Assembly (NCBI RefSeq): GCF_000018305.1
Contig: NC_009954.1
Span: 990,001 to 1,022,000 of the forward strand
DNA from: Caldivirga maquilingensis IC-167
GTDB lineage: Archaea; Thermoproteota; Thermoprotei; Thermoproteales; Thermocladiaceae
Reading direction: 5' to 3'
DNA: 32,000 bases
Part shown: one piece after another, positions 17,370-25,282 of the stretch
Numbering within the stretch: the stretch's first letter is position 1
How the letters are laid out: every line of letters begins with the position of its first letter
Position numbers and translations under genes: made by a program
The notes under the pieces: generated by a model
The model's input: only the letters and a program-made list of their open reading frames with translations
Databases searched by the model: none
Told to the model about the DNA's origin: nothing

Positions 17370-18383
17370 ATGGTTAAGTTCAGTAATGCTTTCATTGAAA
17401 GAGAGGTGTTTAAGATGTTAGGCGTGCGTGATAATAGTGTTACCTTAGGTCCAGGTATTGGTGAGGATGCCGCGGTTATTAGAATTAATAACTCATACAT
17501 GGCTGTTCACACTGATCCAGTTACTGGTTCAAGTAACCTACTGGGTTGGTTGGCTGTGCATGTGGCTGCTAACGATATTGCAACAAGAGGTATTAGGCCT
17601 AGGTGGTTCCTAGTAACGCTGATACTTCCGGTTGATTACGGTGAGAATGATGTGGTTAATATAATGAGGCAGATTAATGATGCATTAATTGAAATTAACG
17701 CATCCCTAGTGGGTGGTCATACTGAGAAGTCTGATGCAGTAACTAGGCCTATTGCAGTAACAACAGCTATTGGTATTGGTAGTAGATTCATAAGAACAGG
17801 GGGCTTAAGGACTGGTGATGTTATTGTCATGACTAAGTACGCAGCCCTAGAGGCTACCGCAGTCTTAGTCAGTGACTTTAGAGGTAGATTAATGAACGTG
17901 TTAAGTGAGGGGGAGTTTAAGGAGGCTACCAGTCTCTATAGGATGGTGTCAGTGGTTAATGATGCCCTTGCTGCAGCTGAGTATGCTACATCAATGCATG
18001 ATCCAACTGAGGGTGGTGTTTTACAGGGTTTACTTGAAATGGCGTATTCCTCAGGGAAACTAATAATTATTAATGAGGATAATATTCCAGTGCTGCCGGT
18101 AACAAGAAGGGTGCTTAATGCCTTTAACCTCAATCCATTAACAGTGCTCTCCTCAGGGTCATTATTAATAGGGGTTGGGGAAAATGATGCCGCTAAGTTA
18201 ATTGGGAAATTAAGGGATATGGGGATTAATGCATCAATTATTGGTAAAGTTACTGATGGTGAACCAGGCGTTGTGGTTAAGGGTCGTAGTGGTGAGCAAT
18301 TCTTCAGAGGTGACTTAACAATACCGGATGGGGTGATTGAAATGTGGTTAAGCGGTAATACTAGTGAAGGTTCTAAGGCCTAG
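17370..18383 (+). CDS. AIR-synthase-related (PurM/HypE/ThiL superfamily) protein
   Basis: N-domain GIGEDAAVIRI...AVHTDP...HVAANDIATRG, GGHTE, and C-domain MHDPTEGGVLQGLLEMA. Confidence 0.8.
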   Translation: MVKFSNAFIEREVFKMLGVRDNSVTLGPGIGEDAAVIRINNSYMAVHTDPVTGSSNLLGWLAVHVAANDIATRGIRPRWFLVTLILPVDYGENDVVNIMRQINDALIEINASLVGGHTEKSDAVTRPIAVTTAIGIGSRFIRTGGLRTGDVIVMTKYAALEATAVLVSDFRGRLMNVLSEGEFKEATSLYRMVSVVNDALAAAEYATSMHDPTEGGVLQGLLEMAYSSGKLIIINEDNIPVLPVTRRVLNAFNLNPLTVLSSGSLLIGVGENDAAKLIGKLRDMGINASIIGKVTDGEPGVVVKGRSGEQFFRGDLTIPDGVIEMWLSGNTSEGSKA

Positions 18384-18398
18384 GCTATGCTTACTGAG

Positions 18399-19343
18399 TC
18401 ATTCTGTTTCAACTAATATGGAGCACTCTGGTTTAATATTTTCATTAAATTCATTTATTATTGATGATATTACGCATTTAGGCGTATATGATTCCACATC
18501 CTTAAGCCACTTCTCTGGGAATCTGGTTAATGAAGCCATGTAGGCTAAGGCTACATTAATTATCTTACCGGTTGATTTAAGGTCATTAACAGCCTTTACC
18601 ACTTCACCAGGGGGCTTAGCGCCCCTTGCCTCCCTAGAACCTTTTGATAATACTTCTATGCCAGCCTCCCTAAGTGCCGCTGCCTCACTTCTTAACATGT
18701 CTTTATCGAAATTGAAGACGAATATTGGCTTAATCTCATTATTAATCTTCCTTGAAATTGTTTGAGTCATCCTAATAGTCCTCTTAATATCAGTTAAAGT
18801 AGGTCTCAGCGGTACGACTGCCTTATTAACCTTAGCTAAATCAGTCATAGCCAGCGCTATTGAGGTATATCTTTTATCAAAGAATGGGGCGGTATCTATA
18901 ATTATGTAATTGAAGCGGCTTAATGCGCCTGATTTACTAAGAATAGTGAATAATGCATCACCCCTACCGTACTCACCCAGCCACAGTGTCACTAGGTTAC
19001 TGAGGTCACCTTCATCATCTTCACCAGGTGGTAATACTTTCACATTCTGGAGTGTGTTTGCATCAATATTACCGTTAGGTGGATTTACGTAATCATCAAT
19101 ATCAATATTTTTGCCCTTATCATAATCCTTAAACATATGATATAGTGTCCTCCTAAGTTGATTAATCCTATCGTAATCATCCCCATATATTTTAAGCGAT
19201 AAACCAGCAGTTGGATCCGTGTCAATTATGAGTATTTTCCCTGGATCTTCCCCATATTCAACGAGATAATGGGCTATTAATAGCGTTATGGTTGTCTTAC
19301 CTACACCACCGGACGCTGACACTACAGGTATTATTACGGGCAT
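18399..19343 (-). CDS. ParA/MinD-superfamily P-loop ATPase with a ~90-aa C-terminal extension
   Basis: Deviant Walker A VSASGGVGKTTITL, IIDTDPTAG (switch I/A' region), and Walker B YIIIDTAP. Confidence 0.8.
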   Translation of the reverse strand: MPVIIPVVSASGGVGKTTITLLIAHYLVEYGEDPGKILIIDTDPTAGLSLKIYGDDYDRINQLRRTLYHMFKDYDKGKNIDIDDYVNPPNGNIDANTLQNVKVLPPGEDDEGDLSNLVTLWLGEYGRGDALFTILSKSGALSRFNYIIIDTAPFFDKRYTSIALAMTDLAKVNKAVVPLRPTLTDIKRTIRMTQTISRKINNEIKPIFVFNFDKDMLRSEAAALREAGIEVLSKGSREARGAKPPGEVVKAVNDLKSTGKIINVALAYMASLTRFPEKWLKDVESYTPKCVISSIINEFNENIKPECSILVETE

Positions 19344-19702
19344 ATTTTCTCACTAAGGCCAAGTCTTTTATCTATTACTTCAATACAGAATGGTAAATTA
19401 AGTCTCCTGAATAATTCAACATAATTCTTAAATAACCTCGAGTACTTATCTAAGACATGTATTAACCATGTTTTATACCCTATGGTTAAGTATATTAATG
19501 CTTGCCCAATCCCATCGTATGGTTGCGCATCGTACTTAACCTCAAAGGCCTCATCATTAGCAACTACATCAATTAGGAACCTTAAACCATTAACCTCAAT
19601 AGGTACCTCCCTCCTACCTCTAGTAAGTATAGCCAATTGACCTTTAATACAATCCTCATCCTCACAATACCTAATGTAATTGACCAAAGAACGTGCAGCC
19701 AC
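19334..19702 (-). CDS. Hypothetical 122-aa protein, possible PD-(D/E)xK (Hjc/restriction-endonuclease-like) fold
   Basis: GTG start 27 nt downstream of a TATA (GTATTTATAAATAAAG on the minus strand). Motif spacing LIDVV(x7)FEVKY fits D...ExK. Overlaps the ATPase gene by 10 nt, indicating an operon. The fold call is inference only. Confidence 0.45.
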   Translation of the reverse strand: MAARSLVNYIRYCEDEDCIKGQLAILTRGRREVPIEVNGLRFLIDVVANDEAFEVKYDAQPYDGIGQALIYLTIGYKTWLIHVLDKYSRLFKNYVELFRRLNLPFCIEVIDKRLGLSEKICP

Positions 19703-20191
19703 TTAATTTTCACCATTACTTTATTTATAAATACTACGAGTAAGCATTAGGTTACATTATTACTTAATAGTGATATAAGTGTTCTTAATTATTGCAACAT
19801 TATCGAGCTTTAGTGAGATTACTTAACTTTAATGCTGCTTCAAGCCTCATGGATTATGATGATTAGAGAATATTTTTCATGCGTTAAATATGTTAATAAT
19901 GTGGATTATGTTAGAATCATTGTGAGTGACTTAGGCTCATACCAAGGATGGTATATTAAAGATGATGCGGCACTGCTAGTCCTCTTAATCTCCATGCAGT
20001 AATTAGGACTTAGTGATGAGGGGTATAGGGAATTATGTTAGGTGGAGAACCAGTTACAGAATGCTTCCACTAAGTTCTCACATTATTAAATAATTAATTG
20101 CATGTTAGTCGGCTTCACTAATAGGATATGGAAGAATGGCATTTATGAGTTTCCCGATGTATTTTAGTTTTTGAACGTATTTTGAAAAATA

Positions 20192-20199
20192 TTTATATA
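20192..20199 (+). promoter_or_regulatory. TATA box of the surface Lon-like protease gene
   Basis: TTTATATA centred about 26 nt upstream of the ATG at 20222. Confidence 0.45.
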
Positions 20200-20221
20200 G
20201 ACTCTCCTTATTGACAACTTA

Positions 20222-22144
20222 ATGAGGATTAGTAGGCTACTTCCAATATTGGCGTTAGCCATAGCGGTATCGGTGCTGGCTTATTCATGGAGCATTGGAT
20301 CAATATCCACAAATAGTATAACTATCCATGCGTTAGCCGTCTCAGGTTCAAACCAGGGTGCTGTAATAAACATAACGATAACTGCGGTTAAGGGTTTACC
20401 AAGTTATCTAGGTGGTAATGTTTACGTATCCGCTATGCCATTACCCATAGGGGAGGGTGGTACCTTCATTTCATCAAGTCAAATAGCCGCCTTTGTGGCT
20501 ACAACAATTGCTGGTCAATCGTTAACAAGCTACAACTTCCTTATTAACGTTAACTCCAGTACAATAGAGATAGGTGGTCCATCAGCCAGTGGTTACATGA
20601 CCGTTGGCATGTACTCCCTCATAACTAACAGTAGCCTAAATCCAAGTGTGGTTATGACTGGTATGATTATGCCTGATGGAACAATAGGCCCAGTGGGTGG
20701 GATACCTGATAAGATTAGGGCTGCAGCCCAATTAGGTTACTCAACGGTACTGATACCCTACGGCCAGCAGAACTACGTATCCTCAAGTGGCCAGGTAATT
20801 AACCTTATAGAGTTAGGTAAGCAGCTTGGGGTTAATGTTATCCCAGTGGCCACGGTGTACCAGGCGATACAGTACTTCACAGGCCGTAGCTTTAACCTAT
20901 CCCTTCAAGTAACACCCCAGGTGAGTGGTAATATTTCAGCCATTAGTGCCTACCTCTATAAGACGCTTTACGTTAATTATGGTAATGAATCAGCATTAGG
21001 TAGTCAGGCTGATTATGAGGCTGCAGTGAGCAATGCCAATAACGGCGACTACTATACTGCAGCAAGCTTACTCTACGATGCCCTAATAAACTACTACACT
21101 AACTTATTCAGGAACGCGACGTTGGCTTACGCTAAGGCTCTTGTGGCGAATGTAACTGCTCAATTGAATCAAATGACTAATGAAATTAATAGCATTCAAC
21201 CCACTACAGCCAACTTGGACATAATGGTGGGAATCTATGATAGGATATACACTGCTCAATCATTGTTGAATACCACTATTAGTGATATTCAGGCTGATAA
21301 TACAGCTAACATACCCGGTGATTTAGCTCAATTATACGTTAGGGTTATTACGCTGAAGTATTGGTTTAATGTGCTTAACGCCATTAATGGCGGTAACCCA
21401 ATACCCATCTCTTATTTAAGTAAGTTAAGTGGATTATACACATCATACGCCTATACAACGGTAACTTACTTATACTCACTAGCCAGCGCTGAGGGGTTGA
21501 CTACAAGCTTAGGGGTCATTAATACGATTAACCAGCTCATTAATCAAACTAATGAGGCACAGTCCTACTACCAGAATGGCCTTTACCTGGAGGCTTTAGC
21601 TGTGAGCCTTGATACAATAGCCTCAGCTAGCGCCATAATTCACACAATGTTCCTGATTGGGGGGAGTAATGCATCATTATACTTACTCAACGTTGTTAGG
21701 AACGTTGCAACGTATAATGAGGCCCTAGTATCCCAGTGTAATGGTTTACCAGTTCTATCCAGTGCCTATGTGCAATTCGGCAATTATTGGTTCAGTCAAT
21801 ATAATAGTAGTCTTGCTGGTAACCCATCGTCAACGTCAAGTCAAAGTTACTTTGAGGAGTCTTTATCGCTATACGAGGAGTCAATAGCGTATTCATTATT
21901 CCTGAGGCAACTTTACTATGAGTTAGGAGCATGCCCAATAGCCAGCTACACCATTAACTACACGGCACTTCAGTACGTGCCAGCACCAAGTGCTCCACAT
22001 GTAACTCAAGGCCAATCCACGGGCGCATCATTTTCAATAATTAACCTGGCTGGAGTCAACGTAACGTACCTAGCCATTGGGGTAGTGTTAGTGGCAATGA
22101 GCATAGTGGTTCTAGTGCTTAAGGTTGTTAAAGTAAGTAGATAA
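20222..22144 (+). CDS. Surface-anchored ATPase-less Lon-protease-domain (S16) protein fused to a ~420-aa Asn/Tyr/Ser/Thr-rich domain
   Basis: N-terminal signal/anchor (LLPILALAIAVSVLAY). Lon catalytic Ser context IGGPSASGYM (Ser121, nt 20582-20584). Lys context MTGMIMPDGTIGPVGGIPDKIRAAAQLGYSTVLIP (Lys164, nt 20711-20713). Many N-x-S/T sequons. C-terminal TM plus basic tail (LAIGVVLVAMSIVVLVLKVVKVSR). Confidence 0.75.
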   Translation: MRISRLLPILALAIAVSVLAYSWSIGSISTNSITIHALAVSGSNQGAVINITITAVKGLPSYLGGNVYVSAMPLPIGEGGTFISSSQIAAFVATTIAGQSLTSYNFLINVNSSTIEIGGPSASGYMTVGMYSLITNSSLNPSVVMTGMIMPDGTIGPVGGIPDKIRAAAQLGYSTVLIPYGQQNYVSSSGQVINLIELGKQLGVNVIPVATVYQAIQYFTGRSFNLSLQVTPQVSGNISAISAYLYKTLYVNYGNESALGSQADYEAAVSNANNGDYYTAASLLYDALINYYTNLFRNATLAYAKALVANVTAQLNQMTNEINSIQPTTANLDIMVGIYDRIYTAQSLLNTTISDIQADNTANIPGDLAQLYVRVITLKYWFNVLNAINGGNPIPISYLSKLSGLYTSYAYTTVTYLYSLASAEGLTTSLGVINTINQLINQTNEAQSYYQNGLYLEALAVSLDTIASASAIIHTMFLIGGSNASLYLLNVVRNVATYNEALVSQCNGLPVLSSAYVQFGNYWFSQYNSSLAGNPSSTSSQSYFEESLSLYEESIAYSLFLRQLYYELGACPIASYTINYTALQYVPAPSAPHVTQGQSTGASFSIINLAGVNVTYLAIGVVLVAMSIVVLVLKVVKVSR

Positions 22145-22315
22145 TAAATGTTACTTAATTATATCTAAAATTAGCAATATATATATTAATTAAATTTGTG
22201 GTATATTACATAAAAATATAATGTATAATAATTATGATGATTAATCAATTCAATAAGTATGCAGCTAATTAATGGGTAAGGTTTATAAAAGCATACATTA
22301 CGTGGATTAACTAAG

Positions 22316-23707
22316 ATGGTTACTACGGGAAGTTCAAGTAATGCTGATAAGCAGTATAGTAGCAGTAATGGACTGAGGAGGGTATTAGGCTTTAAGGAGT
22401 TATTCTTCGCGTCCCTGGGTGGGCAGTCCCCATTCCTAAGTATAACAACATACGGTACAGCTATAATACTCTACGCGGGTTTATTAGCACCATTAGCCGC
22501 ATTAGTGGGTACATTAATTGTGTTGGTTAATGGTCTTGTGGTTTACCAGTTATCGCGACGATTAACGAAGACCGGTGGCTACTATGCGTATGCTAATCAA
22601 TTCATAAGCCATAGAGTAGGTATTGAGACCGGGTTCATATACTTATTCTACTCAATACTCTATGGAAGCGCATATGCAATAGGTTCAGCAGGCATAATGT
22701 GGTTCTTATTCCACATAAACTTCATGTACACTTTAACAGCAATATTAATTATTCAAGCCGTGTTGGCTATATTAGGCATAAAGCCATCAGCCAAATACGC
22801 AGTATTCGCTGGTTCATTGGAGCTGGGTATATTAATAGTGATAGGCGTAGTGCTGCTCTACCTATCTGGCTTCAGGATAAGCTTAAGTTTAACCGCTAGC
22901 CAAGGTATTTCATTAACCCAATTCGGGTATGCTGCACTCTTCGCCGCAGCAATACCCACCGGGTACGGTACCATAACCCCCCTCTCTGGTGAAACTAGGA
23001 TGGCCAGTAAGACTGTGCCCAAGGCCATTGTTGCAGTAATATTGACGGGTGGCTTGCTTGCAATGTTTGATCTTCTTGCCTTTAATTCAGCTGGGTTAGC
23101 TTTATTTGAATCCTATGGGCGTTTCGAATCCCTCATTAAGTCTATGATCGGTATGAGTACCTTTAACTCACCTATACTTTACCTTCTTCACAAGTACTTT
23201 GGCATATTCATTGATATACCGGTACTAGTGGCTCTTATTAATGATGGTGTATTAGGCGTATTGGCGTATAATCTAGCGTCATCAAGGGTACTCTTCGCAA
23301 TGTCTATGGATGGATGGGCGCCTAAACCCTTAAGTTACATTAACGTGAACACTAATAACCCAATGTTAGCTGCATTAGTATCATCCATCGGGATAATTGC
23401 CGTTAGCCTAGCTACGGTAGACTTATTGTCACCATTAATGGCTTTCCTGGTTCTAGGAGGCTTATCAACCATGGCTGGGTTACTTGTTCACGTAATATCG
23501 GATGTATCTTTAATGAGACTTAGCATTAGGAGGATTAAGAAGTATACCAGTCAAATAATACTGGCGTCATCAGCCTTAATACTTGCCGCCTACTCAATAA
23601 CATCAGCCTTAGTATCAACTAGACCCATGTTCGTGGAGTTGTTCCTAGGGTGGTTAATAATAGGCTTCATTTACGCTGAGGCATCATCAATAGCCAAGGG
23701 TAGGTAA
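22316..23707 (+). CDS. APC-superfamily amino acid/polyamine permease
   Basis: 463 aa with about 12 TM helices. N-terminal LGFKELFFASLGGQSPF motif region typical of APC transporters. Confidence 0.8.
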   Translation: MVTTGSSSNADKQYSSSNGLRRVLGFKELFFASLGGQSPFLSITTYGTAIILYAGLLAPLAALVGTLIVLVNGLVVYQLSRRLTKTGGYYAYANQFISHRVGIETGFIYLFYSILYGSAYAIGSAGIMWFLFHINFMYTLTAILIIQAVLAILGIKPSAKYAVFAGSLELGILIVIGVVLLYLSGFRISLSLTASQGISLTQFGYAALFAAAIPTGYGTITPLSGETRMASKTVPKAIVAVILTGGLLAMFDLLAFNSAGLALFESYGRFESLIKSMIGMSTFNSPILYLLHKYFGIFIDIPVLVALINDGVLGVLAYNLASSRVLFAMSMDGWAPKPLSYINVNTNNPMLAALVSSIGIIAVSLATVDLLSPLMAFLVLGGLSTMAGLLVHVISDVSLMRLSIRRIKKYTSQIILASSALILAAYSITSALVSTRPMFVELFLGWLIIGFIYAEASSIAKGR

Positions 23708-23721
23708 CCAGGCTCCTAATG

Positions 23722-23740
23722 TTAATGCCTAAAGCATTAA
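23722..23740 (+). terminator. Hairpin downstream of the permease gene
   Basis: TTAATGC / CTAAA / GCATTAA, a 7-bp stem, 15 nt after the stop codon. Confidence 0.25.
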
Positions 23741-23766
23741 TAAGCTAAACCCACTTTACTGAAACC

Positions 23767-24249
23767 GTGTCTAACGATTTAGGGGACATTAAGGGTTCAG
23801 TTAAGAGACTTAGGGAGAGGGTGTCCAGTGGAACATTCATTAAGGCTGTGGGTAAGGGTACTGTGAGGGATATAGAAACACTAATAGAGTACTATGAGTT
23901 AACTAAATCATGCGTAATGTTAACTCAGGATGAGGCCAAGAGCCTCTATAACTTATACGTTGCCAGTGAGGGAAGAATTAAGAAGCTTCTTGAGGGTTTC
24001 CTGGAAACCATGATTACCATTAAGTCAAGGGACTTCGCCGCAATATACCCATTCATGCCCAGTGACGTTAAGGAATTACTTAAGCCATTACTAAGCAGTA
24101 ACACTGATGAGGGCATTAAGGAAGTGTTGGGTAATGTTTTAAGTAACCTTAATCTACTTGGCTCAGTGCTACTTAATATAGCTAAGAGGGAGCCAGGTGA
24201 TGTTAATGGGTGCGTTAAAGGTAACTGCCACAGCACCGGGAGTTGTTAA
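23767..24249 (+). CDS. Hypothetical protein (160 aa) upstream of and overlapping mevalonate kinase
   Basis: GTG start about 26 nt downstream of CATTAATAAGC. Helical composition and a Cys-rich tail (GCVKGNCHSTGSC). No family recognised. Confidence 0.45.
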   Translation: MSNDLGDIKGSVKRLRERVSSGTFIKAVGKGTVRDIETLIEYYELTKSCVMLTQDEAKSLYNLYVASEGRIKKLLEGFLETMITIKSRDFAAIYPFMPSDVKELLKPLLSSNTDEGIKEVLGNVLSNLNLLGSVLLNIAKREPGDVNGCVKGNCHSTGSC

Positions 24250-25210
24250 ACTGTTTGGGGAGCATGCTGTTGTTTATGGGAGGCCGGCAATAGCCATGGC
24301 CATAAACAAGGGCATTAAGGTTACTGTGGAGGAGGGTGGGGGTGATTCATTAACAATCCTTGCAAAGGACCTCGCAGTTAAGGGGGTTGCCATAAGGGTT
24401 ACTGGTAATTCAATTGAAGGTAGTGTGATTGATGATAGTCAATTAAGTAGGCTAGCCTCATATGCCTTAACAGCGTTAAGGATTATGACGGAGAAGTATG
24501 GTGGTGACTTAAGGGGTATTAGAGTGATTATTGAGAGTCAACTACCCATTGGGGCTGGTTTAGCAACATCAGCTGCAGTATCAGTGGCGGCTGCGGCTGC
24601 TTACGCAAGGTTAATTAACGTTAAATTAAGTAAAGAGGATATCGCCAAGATTGGGCATTCAGTGGAGTTAACTGTTCAAGGGGCGGCAAGCCCCATGGAT
24701 ACTGCAACATCAAGCATGGGTGGTGTAATGTATATTAAACCTGGGGTTGAATTAAGGAAACTAAGTACCTCACTTAAAATGCCGTTGGTGGTTGGTTACG
24801 TTGAAAGAGAATTAACCACAGGTGAATTAGTTAAGAGGGTTAAGGCGCTTTACAATAAACACCCCAGGGTTGTTGAAGGTATAATAGATTCCATAGGGGC
24901 TATTGTGGATGAGGCGGTTACAGCCTTAAGCGGGGGTGATTACGTAGCCTTAGGTGAATTAATGAACATTAATCAAGGTTTACTTGAGGCATTGGGTGTA
25001 TCCAATCATAGGTTATCTAACATAATATACATGGCCAGGAAGGCTGGTGCCCTTGGAGCCAAGTTAAGCGGTGGAGGTGGTGGTGGAGCAATGATAGCTT
25101 TAGCACCTGGAGTTGAGGATAAGGTTGCTGTGGCCGTTGAGTTAGCTGGTGGTGAGGTGATTCTAATTGATGTTAATTATGAGGGTGTACACGTTGAGGA
25201 TTATAGTTGA
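24206..25210 (+). CDS. mvk: Mevalonate kinase (GHMP kinase)
   Basis: N-terminal APGVVKLFGEHAVVYG, GHMP motif II LPIGAGLATSAAVSVA, and motif III KLSGGGGGGAMIAL. The ATG at 24206 is preceded by GGTGA (24196-24200). In-frame alternatives are at 24197 and 24200. Confidence 0.9.
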   Translation: MGALKVTATAPGVVKLFGEHAVVYGRPAIAMAINKGIKVTVEEGGGDSLTILAKDLAVKGVAIRVTGNSIEGSVIDDSQLSRLASYALTALRIMTEKYGGDLRGIRVIIESQLPIGAGLATSAAVSVAAAAAYARLINVKLSKEDIAKIGHSVELTVQGAASPMDTATSSMGGVMYIKPGVELRKLSTSLKMPLVVGYVERELTTGELVKRVKALYNKHPRVVEGIIDSIGAIVDEAVTALSGGDYVALGELMNINQGLLEALGVSNHRLSNIIYMARKAGALGAKLSGGGGGGAMIALAPGVEDKVAVAVELAGGEVILIDVNYEGVHVEDYS

Positions 25211-25282
25211 TTTAACTGTATTTTTATAGTAAACGGTTATTTTATCTGATTATCTTATAAATATGGTTATTTGATAACTCAT

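Noticed and set aside
17959-18010. C/D-like strings inside coding sequence: ATGATGC-11 nt-CTGA at 17959-17980. Similar cases lie at 31734-31761 and at CTGAGTGATGA 3326-3336.
   Set aside because: Only half of the box set is present, C'/D spacing is wrong, and all are embedded in well-supported CDS. They are probably chance.
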